From: Eledone cirrhosa
Lineage: Eukaryota
DNA: 64,000 bases
Direction: 5' to 3'
Assembly: GCA_964016885.1 (NCBI GenBank)
Contig: OZ024741.1
Coordinates: 138,570,001 to 138,634,000, forward strand
Every line of letters starts with the position of its first letter. Position 1 is the stretch's first letter. Below are positions 25,455 to 39,999 of the stretch, one piece after another. The position numbers and the translations under genes are program-made. The notes below the pieces were generated by a model. That model saw only the letters and a list, made by a program, of their open reading frames with translations. It searched no databases and was not told where the DNA came from.

Positions 25455-27076
25455 GAAAGACGGAATTTTGCAGTCTCCGTCATCTAACTTCAACCCGCAA
25501 AGCATTGTTCACTGCGAGGCGTATAATAGAGGACAGTGTTATATTTTAAAATATTCCATTATATACTGAGTATTTAGTCAATGAAGTCAAAATCGTAGTG
25601 GGCTTTTCTTTGTATTCATCCAAACGTTTGCGAGACAGATATAAAATCTCAATTTTATTAACCCACTCTACGGTTCCTCTTACTTCATAAGCCTAATGAT
25701 ATAATCTACTCATAGATTTTAAAATTTAATATTTCTATTAGATGTGTTTGATAATATAATTAATTAATAAAAATAATTAGATTTAAGTATCTTACTATTT
25801 AATAAGTGTGTATCCCTAGTTAGTTTACAGTTTAGAAATGTATTCTGCTATTAATTATCTTTCATTTTATTTGCTTTGAATCACTCTAATTCAATAATAA
25901 AATAATAATCCATATTACATACAAAAACATTAACTAGCTCCTTCAGTTTATTAACCAAATTATATCAAAGGCGTTTACATCATGTTTTTCAGAGCAATGT
26001 TAGCAGGAATGTGGTAAAGGTAGAATGTCATATAAAAGGATTTGTTTTACTGGGTATTCTATGCTCTGGGTTCAAAAGTTTATTTTGCTTTTCCTCGTGT
26101 AGGAAGTAAAGTACCAGTCCTATATTGAAAGTTCATTCTACTTACATATTTATTTCATAATGTCACACTGTGTTTCTTCTGTTCTGTCTAGAAACATATG
26201 TTCCACCGCATTTAAATGTCCAAGAATACATGCTGTATGTCATGTGCACCTTTATGAATCCCTGACTGATTAAGATTTTGTCGATGCATTCATAGAAATT
26301 CTAGTGGAATATGGGGCGGTTAATTATGCTAGATAGTACGTTAGTAAAACAAACAATAAAACAAACAAAAATGTATGCCTTATCGCTTTGAAATGTGGAA
26401 ATAAATCCCACCAGAATGTCTATTATATTTCACTTCATGTAAGGTCGATAAGATAACTAAGTTTGATCATGTTGATTTTATCCTTCATTGAAAGATATGT
26501 TCTTACCACAATATGATAAAAAGAAATACTTTTCAGAATAAAGAAAAGGGAGACGACGGAATATAATCCTGGTAGACATGATTATTTGTATTTTATAATA
26601 CCATAAACGTTGTATGACATTGCTCCTGGCCCTTCAGTTAGACAAAAGTGATATATTCTTGTAATTCAAATGTTGGATTAGTCACATATTGTGTCACATT
26701 CAGTCGCCATGATTACTAACTTAAGTGTGCACTAATCATTGGAATACTCGGCCACTTACTCTCGTTTCTTTCTCTTATTCACAAATTTGAAAAAAGGACA
26801 AGGCCATGTGAGAACGTGTATGGGGGGAAAGATTAATCCTCAGCTTCTCATATTTCATATTTATACTCCTTCAAAATTCATTCGCATATTGAGAAATATC
26901 CTTCTTAGCATAACATGTTCATTTCCTCTTACATACATTTATCAGATGCACGTTATTTCATCGTTTCTCCCTTACAAACATGTTGTTTTACCGGTGAACT
27001 CAAAAATGGACCTCACGAAAGTTAGTACTCTTTATTTTCCATAAATCTGTATTTGTAGTCTAGTCATAATTGTATG

Positions 27077-27252
<176 letters not shown>

Positions 27253-28212
27253 AATCATATGCCGTCTACTTCAAATACTTTCATCTTTCATCTTTTGAAA
27301 TGAGGAACGATGTGTGAATATATGATCGTATCGTATTGAAATATTGCAATGAAATATTGCAATGAAAAGCATAAAAAATGAAAAATTACTAAGGAAGCAA
27401 TCGACATAAAAAACGAATAAGCATGATAAAGAAGTATTGTGTAGGAAGCAATAAGAATTTTACTTAAATTTAACCTACATATGAAATAATTTCTGAAGAT
27501 ATATTCATTTTGTGTACAAATATAATATGGAACTATCAAAAAGATTAAAAAGTGGGCGACCGTTTGTTTCTTTTTTTCATAATTCCATTTTCCTCTGCAC
27601 CTTTCATTATTTTCTCCAATGTTATGGGCGCCATATCCCCCCCCCCCCCTCCCCAAGACAATCAATATTTATTCTTTCTACAGTTTCTATCTTTTCTATT
27701 GTTACCTTTGTAACCGTTTTGCTATTTATTGATTTCTTTTAATCTAAGAAAAACATTTTTTTCAGTATTAACAAATATGTCTCTAGCATTTTCGAAGGTA
27801 AATTTATATTGAAAATGTAGTTCCTGCCATTTTAAATATTTTGCTTATAAATAAGTAGCAAATGGTTTGTGAAACCCACGTGTAACATATCACATCTTGG
27901 CATATTATATTTATTGTCGAATTTAAACTTTGGAAATATAATACGTTGTGAGAATATTGGTAACGTTTGATCTCAAACGAGCCGCTTGAAATATCTGACG
28001 CATTTTTCAAATCTATAAGTTTTTTAATGTACCTATTTTATGGGTCTCTTAAAGAATCGTCTCTAGCGTTCCAGTTACTACTGTTATTATTAAATGAATA
28101 TTATGGGTTGCACCGTGGGTGAGTAATTGGAAAGTAAAATGTAAACAAAGATCGTAGATATTAAATGATATCATGTACTGGAACCTTGTTTCTACAACTG
28201 TAGAGAATACAC

Positions 28213-28350
28213 GGGTGGCTTAGTATTTAAGCAGTTAGGAGCACGGTCGAAAAGTGCCGTTCGAAACCAAGTGGGTGTGTGTCTTTGAGCATGTTATTTC
28301 ACGTGCCTTTTATTCACCGAGTTGTTTCACATGTGTTGAACCTGCAATAC
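28213..28350 (+). mobile_element. Old tRNA-derived SINE, second family (relatives at 50790-50910, 57790-57942, 59385-59500 on minus)
   Basis: GTGGCTTAGT A-box, GTTCGAAACC B-box and GTGTCTTTGAGCA domain. Confidence 0.5.
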
Positions 28351-29116
28351 AAGGACACATTTTGACATACTTAACATTGCACTAAATCTCCATAAGAGGA
28401 ACGTTAAGAATACATTGGTATGAGGTATGATCCCCTACATCTATGTAACTTTCATGGTAGTCCTCTTCCGCTGCTAAAAAATAAAGTAAGACACACATTA
28501 TCGGATCCCACAGAAGTCCAACTGACGCACGCAAAAGATTATAAAGGCTGGAATGATAGTGAAGAAAGGTTATTTGATATCTAACATCATTTATTTTTTA
28601 TTACGGCATACTTCATTTGTAACATTTTGTATCCTCATCGTATTTCGTCATATATAATGCTGCTGTTAACATGTTTGAAGCTATGAATGTGTATCCAGTT
28701 GACTTGCGACCAGAAGTGAATACTCACATTACTTTACTATATATTTCTTTATATAACACTTACTTATACAGCCACAGTATTGTTTAGCACTCCCATAGTC
28801 GATAGTTATTACGAGCTCCATCAATTCACAGAAGGACGGAACAATTAATACATGATTTCTCGTATATATTTTACGTTATGTTGATAAATCGTAGTATAAA
28901 CTTATACAAGTACAGAGGAAATGCCGGGCAGCTATCTCTCACTGAGTACTATTTTGTTGAAGGGAACTAATGTCATCTCCAAAGCATTTATCATATAGGG
29001 CATATATTATAGAAAAAGTAATGTGTTTAATGTTGAATCCGATAAAAAAAGATGGAAACCTAAACACAGGCATAGATATTTGTCCAGTTCATTCTCCCAT
29101 AACCCAAGACTATCAC

Positions 29117-29205
<89 letters not shown>

Positions 29206-29208
<3 letters not shown>

Positions 29209-31078
29209 TTAAGGATACTATTTATGGTTATGTATATAATAAAACCTTATATAGTTATATATATTTTAAACCCTAAATAGTGAAAGACAGTAATTCATTA
29301 CTATCTTATTACCAGTAAGATAAATAGCTCAATGTAATAGCATCAGTTGTTTTACAGAGCAGTTATATAGAAATTACATGAATCAAAGTTCAGTTTAAAT
29401 CATTTATTTGCTTACAATTGTTTCCTCCAAACCGAGGTTTGGATTCTTCGGAGCACTTATTTAGTGATTTTTACATACTTGACCTCCTTTTCAACACAAG
29501 AGACATATCAAAACATATGTATATATTGACCCACCGTGGGTTGACATCCATCATAATAATATAATAATATGGCAATTTACATACATTCATATTAAAGGAC
29601 AACATTAAAGTTAAAATTAAAATTAAAATACATAAAAATAAAAATAAAACATTGGCAGTTTATGAAGATAAAGCAAGAGGAAAGTTTAGAGTAGTCAGTG
29701 TACGAAAGTCTCACGTGTGGCATGCACGCGTGTCTTATTTATACAGTATTATAGTGCGGCAGATTGATACATGTAAAACAAGCAGTTAAAGCAGGCAATC
29801 AATAACATCATGGAGTCCGTATTGTTAAAGCATTTTTCACACACACCTGTACGATATATACGTGCAAGCCCGTTTGTAGAGAAACACCAAAAATATAACA
29901 AATGTAACAAATGAGAAGCAAAACAGCACCACTGTCCTCGCACCCACCACCACTCACACAATCCAGGAAACGCAATTTATATACTACATGTCCATTATAC
30001 AATCCATGATGATTCGACATTGAGTGTCCGGTGAACCATATTATACTTCGATTCATAGATCAGGCTGTTTTTGTTGTGAGAGATGACATTGTATTATATT
30101 CCGGAAGTGTGTGTGTGATTAAGGGGAGTTAATGCGTAAGGGGAGGTAACTAGCTGATTTTCATAGTTAAATTTATTATCCTAAAGTGCATTAATGGTGT
30201 TTGAGATGAGTCCCTATTATATAAGGTTATAAACAACTTCTAAATTTAAGTATCTTATCTATAAATTACAGTGTAGTCTATCAAGAGGGTACTAAATGTG
30301 TTCGTATCAGGATGATTACTTTCTATCATGGAGTTCCACAACCGAACATTCTACAAAAAGAGTCAGACCTCCAAATCAATGATCTTTCTAATTGTAGTCC
30401 ACCCGCAGAACCTGGCAGGGTCGTATTACTATATATGACTCCCGGTAAGCTCCGGGTCATTGGATGTCTGAATGCATGGCAAAGTTAAATATTACCAGTG
30501 TGGTCCAGAGGTCAATTCTCTCACACAAAGACACTAATCTGGCCATCAAGCCACACCTATACTCAAAACTCATATACCGTCTGTACATAAATCATTGTAT
30601 TCAGCATATAGGACATATGGCCCTATTAATGAATGAATTACTTAATCATCTATCTTTCCTATGGTGACACTCCATGCACAGGATAATGTTAGCACAACCA
30701 ATTCAGTGCCTACAGTTTACATTAATTATATATTAGTGCAATGTAGTCCAAATAATTCAAGGCCAATATACCAAAAGTAGAAGTACACGGGGATATCTCC
30801 AGGGTAAAAGGTACTATGAGGGTGTCACTATTTGCGCTAAAGTGGATTAATGGGTGTTGAGATGAGGTGTAAGGTATGCCCCTGATGCTAGTTGCTAGAT
30901 GTGGTGACGGGTTCAATATATACATATGTTTTTATATGTCTCTTGTGTTGAAAAGGGGGTCAAGTATGTAAAAATCAATAAATAATTGCTCCGAAGAATC
31001 CAAACCTCGGTTTGGAGGAAACAATTGTAAGCAAATAAATGATTTAAACTGAACTTTGATTCATGTAATTTCTATATA
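29206..31078. mobile_element. 1.9-kb inverted-repeat pLTR element with intact HHR in each arm and non-coding interior
   Basis: Arms 29364-29530 and 30912-31078. ttgct CCGAAGA atccaaac ctcg gtttggag GAAA caattg TA agcaa at 30986-31034 (+) and 29408-29455 (-). (TA)n flanks. Confidence 0.88.
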
Positions 31079-31139
31079 TATATATATATATATAGATAGA
31101 TAGATAAATATACACGGGTGTGTATGATTGTGTATAGAA

Positions 31140-32885
31140 GATTATATTAAAAAAGGAATTCCAACTTTGTCTGATTTACTCGTTTTATTTACAATCCTTT
31201 AAAATTTATAATGGTATTAGAATGAAATAGTATGGTAGAATATTAAATGTTAAGTGTTAATTGAACAAGTACTTTCAATCTACAGGTTTATATTGTGTGG
31301 TGACAGTCAAGTTTTCAATTTTCAACTGTAATGAGATGGGTAAATTTTGTGCCTTATATACAGTGAAAAGTGGCTCCAGAATGCAAACTGTATTTCGTCC
31401 AATCGGTGTGTAGTTTCACTGGATTACTAAAGCTGATTGGTTTAGGCGTCACGGTTGGTTGAGCATGCCTAACGACTACTAATTGACCTTATCCAAATCA
31501 TAAATTGTTTTGCTATTTTTAGAAATGATGAAAATAGCATTTTCTTGTAATCATCACCATCAACATCACTTTTACTATTATTATTGTTGTTGTTGTTGTT
31601 AGTGGTCGTAGGCATAGTCATAGTAGGATTAATACCCCATTATTATTGTTCATTTAGCTTGGGTTTGAATTTATCAATAACATTCTTTTCTTTGATTTTT
31701 CTCTTGATTTCACTTGGGGTGTGTAATTTGTAGAATGGGAATATTATAAATATTCCCTGACCACATGTTGCTAGAATGTTACTTAGTGGTATCTGACGGA
31801 CATTTGGGTCTCTGATTTGTTTTCAGTGTACCCGTGCACGTTCCGATAGTGCATTTACAGTTTGACCGATATATAGTTCTTTACAATTCGGGCATTTAAT
31901 GCAGTAAATTAGATTTCTGCTTTTGCAGTTCATATTTGCATTTGGGAATATTTTTCCAGTTTTTGTTTTCATATATTGACCGGCGTGTATGGATTGACAT
32001 GTGCCATATCGACTATCATTGCATTTAGATACAGTGAATGATTTGTCTTTGTTGTTAAGGTCAAACTTTGCTTTTGTTAGTAATTGCTTCAAATTTTTTG
32101 GCTGTCTTTTACTAAGAGTCAAAGATCGATCTGTGATTAAGCCTTTTAATTCATTACTTTGAGCAATGATCGGTAGGTTTGCTTTGGCAGTGTTGAAGAT
32201 ATTCTGGTGACATGGGTTGTGTGTCATTATAAATGGTATGACCAGTTCTTGGTTTCTTCTTCCTTGGGTTGTTCTAAGTTGTTGTATAGGTATTTTTATA
32301 GTCCGCTGTATGCCATTTTCTATAAGTAGAGATGGGTATTTTTGTTTGAGCAAAAATTCTCTTAGTTCTGGTATTCGTATCTTCTACAATGGTACAAATT
32401 CTTCTGGCTAGGCAGTATGGGATGTTGCGTTTTGTATGAGGTGGATGGCACGACTTAAAATTCAGATATTGATGGGTGTCTGTGTGTTTATAATATATAT
32501 CCGTGGTAATGGTGGTGCCGTTTTTGATTATCATTATATCTAGGAATGGTAATTTGGTCCTACTCATCTCTTTTGTGAATTGGAGAGATGGGTGTAGGTT
32601 ATTCAGGAGGATATTGAACTCATCCAGAGTATCCAGAGATTCTGTCCAGATGATGAAACAGTCGTCAAGGTATCTCTTCCAAGATTTTTCAATGTACTTT
32701 CTAAAGTCAGTACTATATTTTTCCTCTATTTCTTGGTAGAGTTGTTGTTCTAAGTATCCCATTACAGAGTTCGCGTAAACGGGAGCAAACTTCGTTCCCA
32801 TCGCTGTGCCTTTAATTTGGATGTAATTCTTTCCATTGAAGAAGAAAGTGTTGTTTTCCAGAATAAGTTTAACTACGTCTAATAT
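31140..32885 (-). mobile_element. 5'-truncated Penelope-like element (RT C-half + GIY-YIG)
   Basis: QIKGTAMGTKFAP, WKRYLDD, LPFLDI, HQYLNFKSCHP, NLIYCIKCPNC, LYIGQT. Nearly identical to 63575-64000. Confidence 0.93.
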
Positions 32886-32889
32886 ATAT

Positions 32890-35395
32890 ATAGGAAAAGA
32901 GTCAGGAATCCGACGGCTGAGCTCCAGCGGTTTCGACAGATACATCCGTACTAAACCGTAAACTACTAGTATTAGTACGGCAGGGTCCTAGCTGAACTCA
33001 TCATGAGGTACAGTTCATATGTCGAATGCAATCAAAACAAAGTAGTAGTATCAAATCAAACAATCCTCAAATTTATTGTTTTTCTTGTGTGTCATGGGAG
33101 TGGTCAAAGCTTTCGGGATGTCATGTACGTGGTTAAATTCCTTCATAGTGGCGGTAGTGGGGGTGCTGAACTAGCCTTTAGGTCAAATGGGAGGGAGTAA
33201 GATGACATTCTGACCTGTGTGTGCCAGGACGATCATGCGTTAAGAGAGAATATTTTACAACTATCTCTAATGAGGTAAATTCAACATATGATTATCAAGA
33301 ATTTCGTAGAGTGAAAGCGAGTATGCCAAGTCTAAAGGTTAACTAAAGAGCAAAGCATATATATATTAATACTAATTAAATTCCTAAGAAATAAAATTTA
33401 GTTATCAGTTACTCTAATACACTGGAACGACACCTCAATGCAGTACTTTACTAGTATAATCTTTTATAAAGACCCCCCCCCCCCCCAAAAAAAAAAAAAC
33501 ATAGCTATATGTTCAGCCAGTACTAAGTATATTTAACAAGAGTGAAACAATACTAAGGAAGATTGGAAACTGAATATAATGCTCTAGATATGCAAACATC
33601 GACATATGTGTAATTAGAGTGTGTAACTAATGAGGAAAAATGAAAAGAAGAAAAGACGAAAAAAATTCACTTCCACCTAAGTATACTTGGGGTTTCCTCT
33701 GACTTAGAGGAATAGGAATTTGAATAGGAAAGAGATACAGCCGAAGTCTACCCACCTGGGTCGTGAGGGGGTTTGAAGGTAAGATATGTCCTATATATTC
33801 TGTGTTTACACAAGGTAAACAGTTCATCCGTTTTCTTTAAGAGTTGGTCCTTTGCAAACAGCATCTAGTTCATTTCATCCGACCATAAATTGCACGGACG
33901 GCGTCCTCCCGAGTAAGATTTTGCCTTGGAAAGTATGCTCCAGCTTAGATGGTAGGTAATATTGTTGTCTTGGAGGTCCTAGATATGACCAGAAAGTGCT
34001 GTCACGTGTCGCCGGGCTGGGTTTCTAAGTGTATGTTGGTGTTGGTAATACGAGGTCTTAAAATACGATGTAGGCTTTGTTGGTGTTTTCCGTCCTCAAG
34101 TTGACCTGGTAAACCATATTTCGTTCTCGGCATCTTTTGTTGAGGTGGCACGATTATCTATCCGAACAGTTACACCTCCTAGTTTTCTCACCATTAATAT
34201 CATTGCTGTTTCTTTTGTTGGAGAGGGCTTTGTGTTGTTAGATAAAGCAATGTTTTGTGCAAAGTTGGGTGTAATGCTGTAGAAAAGTTTAACAGTGTTT
34301 CAGTTGATGATACTGTGGTAGGGGTGTTGGAGTGGGAAGTGTTTATCGAGAAGTCTGAAGAGATCTTCCCAATTGCTGTTGCAACCTCGTGCTTGTGGGG
34401 AGGATTGAAGCACGTTACGTGAGGTGAGCGGCGGCGTGGCCTGCTACATTAGCTAGAAGGGCCTGGATAATATGAAATGTCCTCCAGGAATCCGCTTCTT
34501 TTGAGGACCTGGTTGTAATATGGCGCGTGTTCGGTGAAGATCTGCTCGTTTGTGGACAAGCGAGATATGCGGAGGGAGTCATTTTTTACTAAATTGTTGG
34601 TAATGCGGTGGATATAGTGTAGGTTCTCATTAGGTTTCCTATATGGATAGTACTAATTATTCTCCAGGTTGAGAGTAACATCCAGAAAATTGACGCAGGT
34701 GAAGACATCTGTACGAGGATTTTGAAACCGAAGTCCCGGAAGAATTTAATGAGGTGTTTACGGATACGATCGGTGCTACTGGGTTGTACCCCGTGAGGAT
34801 AAGAAGCACGTCATCTAGGTACAGACCACCGCAGGACGCAGGAAACTTTTCAAAGAGTTTCTGGAGTATGTATAGTCATATAAGGTCGGTCACCTCGGCC
34901 GAGTCAATCGAGCCCATACTAACGTCGAAACGAGACTCAGGCGCTCTACTTATCCAACTGGAGTTTTCAAAGATCAAGACGGTCTTCTTAGCGTGGAATA
35001 TGATTTCAAATTCCAGGTCTCTAATGGGTGTAATAATGTTGGCGTAATCCAAAAAGCCGTAAGGAGTGGTTGCGTAATAGAAGTGTAGTAGTTCTCTATG
35101 TCGAACTGGATGAAAGTGGTATTCCTTATCCTCGATATCCTTTTTATGATTATTTGATTTGATACTTCTACTTTGTTTTGATTGCATGCCATATATTGAT
35201 TGTACCCCTTGATAAATTCAGCTAGGTCCCTGCCGTCCTAATACTACGGGCTTAGTTCGGATCTAGCTGTCGAAACGGACAGAGCTAAACCGTCGGGGTC
35301 CTGACTCTTTTCTTATTACCCACTCTACTATCCTAAGTATCGAGTACTCTGGTGCGTTATAGTCCACCTAGTTTCTACCACACTTTCTTTGTTAT
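32890..35395 (-). mobile_element. Degenerate Penelope-like element (YRDD/Neptune-like RT) with inverted HHR-bearing arms
   Basis: FDIENYYTSI, FDVSMGSIDSAEVTDLI, GLYLDD, VNFLDVTLNL, PYRKPN. Arms about 32890-33070 and 35145-35315 are inverted. Confidence 0.85.
35202..35301 (+). ncRNA. Decayed large hammerhead motif (inverted partner at 32905-33011)
   Basis: gtacccc TTGATAA at tcagctaggtcc..ggatctagctg tc GAAA cgg..ccg TC ggggtc. The partner core is ATGATGA. Confidence 0.65.
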
Positions 35396-35458
35396 ATATA
35401 TATATATACATATATACAGAAAGACATACACTTACATACACACACACATACACACACT

Positions 35459-35521
<63 letters not shown>

Positions 35522-35663
35522 CCAAGTAAAAATCTTTCGTTGACGAAGCAATCGAACGATTCTAATGTAAACAGACGTAAGTATTCTACGACTTGGATAA
35601 ATTAAGGTATTACATATAACGTATCAGACGGAGTGTCAATATATATATATATATAAAGAGAGA

Positions 35664-35731
<68 letters not shown>

Positions 35732-35810
35732 AGGGAGATAAAGAGAGATAGCTGTATTATAAATCACAAAAGCGACTGTATCACGTACACATCTGTTAAT
35801 TACATCATAT

Positions 35811-35877
35811 TGTTAGAAACATTTCAAAGATATCAAAGTTATTGAGTGGTAATAACTTGATGTCTCATCATCCGACA
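35811..35877 (-). ncRNA. Decayed hammerhead motif in a solo pLTR-like island
   Basis: tgtcgg ATGATGA gacatcaagttatt..aataactttgatatc ttt GAAA tgt TT ctaaca. Confidence 0.5.
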
Positions 35878-36018
35878 GGTATTTAGGTGCAAAATGTTAT
35901 AATTTTCGTTCTTGATATGCTTGCCGTATTATAAGTGAGCTTATCATAAATGATTATTACGCAACCACGTTGATGTAATAAACAGAGAATGTATATGTGA
36001 TACCGTCTCTCTCCTCAT

Positions 36019-36109
<91 letters not shown>

Positions 36110-39100
36110 CGTTTCTGAATTTGTTTAGCAAGATTCTTTATCTGAAAACGTGTGTTGAAACCGATATTGTTATACTTTGGGAGGGTCATGTTGCCAAAAG
36201 AAACACACGTACCAGTTGATTCACTTCAATTTATTATAAAAAATTTATAAATTTAGGAATTTATAAATTTCCGGTTGGTTGGTTGGTTCCACATACAGAT
36301 GGTTGTTTATATATTGTCAAAGTTCTTTCGTCACACATTCTGTGACCTCTTCAATGACTGGGGATTGTTTTCTTTGTTTTGCTGCCACTCCTTTGTTCTG
36401 TCCTACGCCATCTTGTTTCTGTGTGTGTGTTGTGTGCTGAGTCTGTGCATGCGCCACATCCGGGTGTCTGTGTGTGTTTATATTCGTTTATTTATTTGTT
36501 TATTTACATGATACAGGTTGGCTGTTTGTTCTATGTGCGTGTGTGTTTTCATTTTGTCCTTAATTGTAAGTTGTAATGTTGCTGTTCCACTCATGTTTTC
36601 TATTTAATTTTGGTTGTAATTCTTTTATGTTTATTGCCTCTGTGATTTGTTTAAACATTGCGTCTTTTCTGTGTGTAGATTCTATTTTTATTTCTATGTT
36701 CTCTAATTTACCCTTATGTTCTATTTTAGCATGTTGGTAGAGTACAGATGATTCATTTATCCCTTCCTCTACACTACGAGCTGTCTCACCTATGTACACT
36801 ATATTTTTGTCTCTACATCGTCCTTCAGTACATCTTATGCTATATACTACATTTCTAGTTTTACAGTTAATATGGGGGCTTAATTTACAGGTTATACATT
36901 TCTTATCTATACAGGGGGTCTTTGAAAAGGTTATGTCTTGCTAATAAGTGTTTTTACGGAGGTACCAGGTCTTTCTATTATCTTAATATTGAGTTTATGT
37001 TTATCTAGGGCGCTTCTAAATGTGTAAGCTAATTCACTTCTAGGGGTTGTATCGATGAACATTACACTCTGGTATTTATTGCTATCACACCATGAGATTA
37101 TTCTATTAGCCTTATTGCTAGTTCTTTCTGTTATGTTCCAAAATGTTCTCCTATACAAGGGGCAGGTCCCGTTTGTGTCATTATTTACCATTTTTTCCCA
37201 TTTGGTTCTGGTTCCTCTATACACTCTGATTTTATCTCTCTGATTGTAACCAGAGAACTGCATACGGTGGATGAAGTGTTGTATGTGTCTCTCTAGTTCT
37301 TCGGGGTTGCACATGCGGGACACGTTTCTCATCACCCGTACCAAATCCGCAATTAGTATGTTGATTTTGGTATGGTCCGAAACAGCTGAGTTTCGGTGGA
37401 TCAGATATATAGAAGTCATGGGTTTGGCATAATGGGAATGGAGGATTTGTTTTTTGTTATTAATGGTATCTAACGAGAGCTCTGTGTCTAGTACAGGTAA
37501 TCGATGGTTGGGGTGTTTACTTGTGTAGTCTATAGTAACTCTAATACTCTGGTGGATGGAGTTAGCTATTTGCTGGATGCTTTCCATTGTGTTTCTCTCT
37601 AATTCCTGACTGTTCTCTAGTGGGGGTGTTTTAACTACGATGTTTATATCATCAACGTAGCGGGAGTACATTATCAGGGTTAAGGGGTCTTCTAATTGTT
37701 CTTTAAGTTTAAGTTTAAGTCTACTGTCCCACCATACCATGAATAAGTTAGCTACGTCGCCTGCAATGCTAACACCAATGGCTGCTCCTTCCTCTTGGGC
37801 ATATGTTTTTCTATTAAATTTGAACATATGTTCCTTAAGGGTTAATTTTATGCTGGCCCCCACCGCATGTGCAATCATTTTCTTTAGTTCATCGTGGTTT
37901 TCAGGTGTCCGTATGGCTCTGGTCCACCCGTTCCATCTATCTGTGTGGCTTTTCTTGGCCATTAAGGTAATGGTATGTGGTCTGCCTCTTGCTGGTCTTG
38001 TAGGGCACAGGTTGTTAAGGTCATATGTGTCTAGGTAATTATTACTATAGGTAAGTTTAAGTAGGAGTCCCACCTCACTGGTATCAATCCCACGGACTCA
38101 ACATTGCTCTCACTGATCATTTCTACGTATTTCTCCACAGCAAAATCCACGTCAATAGATGGATACAGGGACACAACATCCATACTACGTATTATGCAGT
38201 TTGCTAGGTCCCTAGATCGGTTACTCTCGCCGATTCTGCTGAGGAGGTCCCTAGATCGGTTACTCTCGCCGATTCTGCTGAGGAGGTTCTCCATGCTGTC
38301 ACATACATCTGGGGACATTTCAATGATGGGGCGTATGATCAGAGAGAGGAAGTAGTCAGTCTGTAGTTACTAGCAATGTTAGCTCCACAGACTGGCCGTG
38401 TTGGTGGTCCCGTGACAGGGTCACTGCCCGTTTTATGGTCTTTTCATACAACGCTTTTCATACAACGCTGGCACGCCATTGTTCCAGGCCTGGAAGTTGT
38501 TGGCAGTCTTAGTGTTGGGCTGCATTATATTCGTCCACATCACCATATGGGCATTGAGGGCTTTTTCTCTATCCTCATGCTCATGTGGTGTTACTTCTCT
38601 TTTGTTAGTGATGTGGGGTTTCATTGCCTGGATGTAGTTTGGCAGACTGTCAACCGACATTCTGCCAGACTTGTCTGTTAGAAAGCATGCTATCTCTCCA
38701 TTACGCGAACGCTGCATGAGCTTACGCAAGCGAATTGCACATTTTTCTCCCAGTTTCTGGGCCTCCATTCTATTATGCTTCTGGCTATAATGTTCTATAA
38801 TATTTCTGAGTTTAGATCTAGCTATACTAAATTGTGCTTCTGTTTGTTCCTCGACCTGCGACGGCAATTGCGTGCGTTTGTTAAAAGGTAAAGTCGTGGC
38901 GTGGACTCGTCGCAGGTCGAACGACTTATCGGTGGGATTATAAAAAGTAGAGTTCCAGGCTGCTGCCTTATGTGTACTAGTGCTATTGTTATTGGTAGTT
39001 GTGTTGTTTCTATTTCTATTTCCACCAAGAGCCTCATGATTGTTTCTATGTCCCTCATTATTACGCCTGTCTCTTTCCTCTGGCTCATTGTTATTATCTA

Positions 39101-39788
39101 CTCTATTTTGTGTGTATGTGTGTTCGTCTTGGTTATTTTCTCTGTCCATAGTCTCCCTTCTCCTTTCAATCTTATCACCTTCCCTTATTTCTGTGCTATT
39201 GTCATTAGCTGTTTTCTGTGTCTGTGTGTTTGTTAAGATTGTGGTGGTGGTGAAAGTCATTGAATGTGTGTGTGTTGTTGTTGTTGTTGATGTGTGCTGT
39301 TGTTGATGTGTGTTGTTGTTGTTGTCTCCGTGTGTGTTATTATTGTTGTGTGTGTTGTTATTGTTGTTTGTGTCTGCGTGTCTGTTGTTGTTGTTTCTGA
39401 GTATGTTGATGTTGATGTGTGTGTTGTTATTGTTGTTTGTGTCTGTGTGTCTGTTGTTTTTGGGATGTGTGTTGTATATGTGTGTGCGTATGCAGTTACT
39501 TTTGTTTTTGTTTTTGAGGCTCCAACGTAATTTTGTAAATGATTTTTCTATTTCTGACAAACAACTAATTATATTTACCTTCTTGAATGTCGCATACTTA
39601 GGTGGCAGTTGTAATACAGATAATTCATCAGAGTAGACCATAGTGTTGCCGTATATATTTGTGTTGTTGTTGTTGTTGTTGAACTCATCAGTTAATGACA
39701 TGTCGGCCATATTTATACCGTCAAATTTGTCGGGATATCTATTGGTATTCTCTAAAGTATCTTGATTTAGTTTTATCTGCTTAAGCCA

Positions 39789-39791
<3 letters not shown>
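36110..39791 (-). mobile_element. Near full-length Penelope-like element (third family), frameshifted
   Basis: LQLPPKYA, TDKSGR, SMDVVSLYPSI, QEEGAAIG, YSRYVDD, LPVLD, NVVYSIRC, YIGETARS, LQPKLN. (TA)n on both flanks. Confidence 0.92.
38206..38284. repeat. 39-bp in-frame tandem duplication inside the Penelope RT
   Basis: AGGTCCCTAGATCGGTTACTCTCGCCGATTCTGCTGAGG x2 (LLSRIGESNRSRD twice). Confidence 0.9.
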
Positions 39792-39838
<47 letters not shown>

Positions 39839-39999
39839 ATATAATAAATTTGAAGACTAAAATCCAAAGAGGGCTCGATAAGGATAAATATATATCAAAT
39901 ATATAAGAACCGTAGAGCAAATATACACATACATACAGTAAAATCTTTAATAGAAATACTATTAAAATGTCTTACTCTATCTAGCCGTAGGAACACGTG

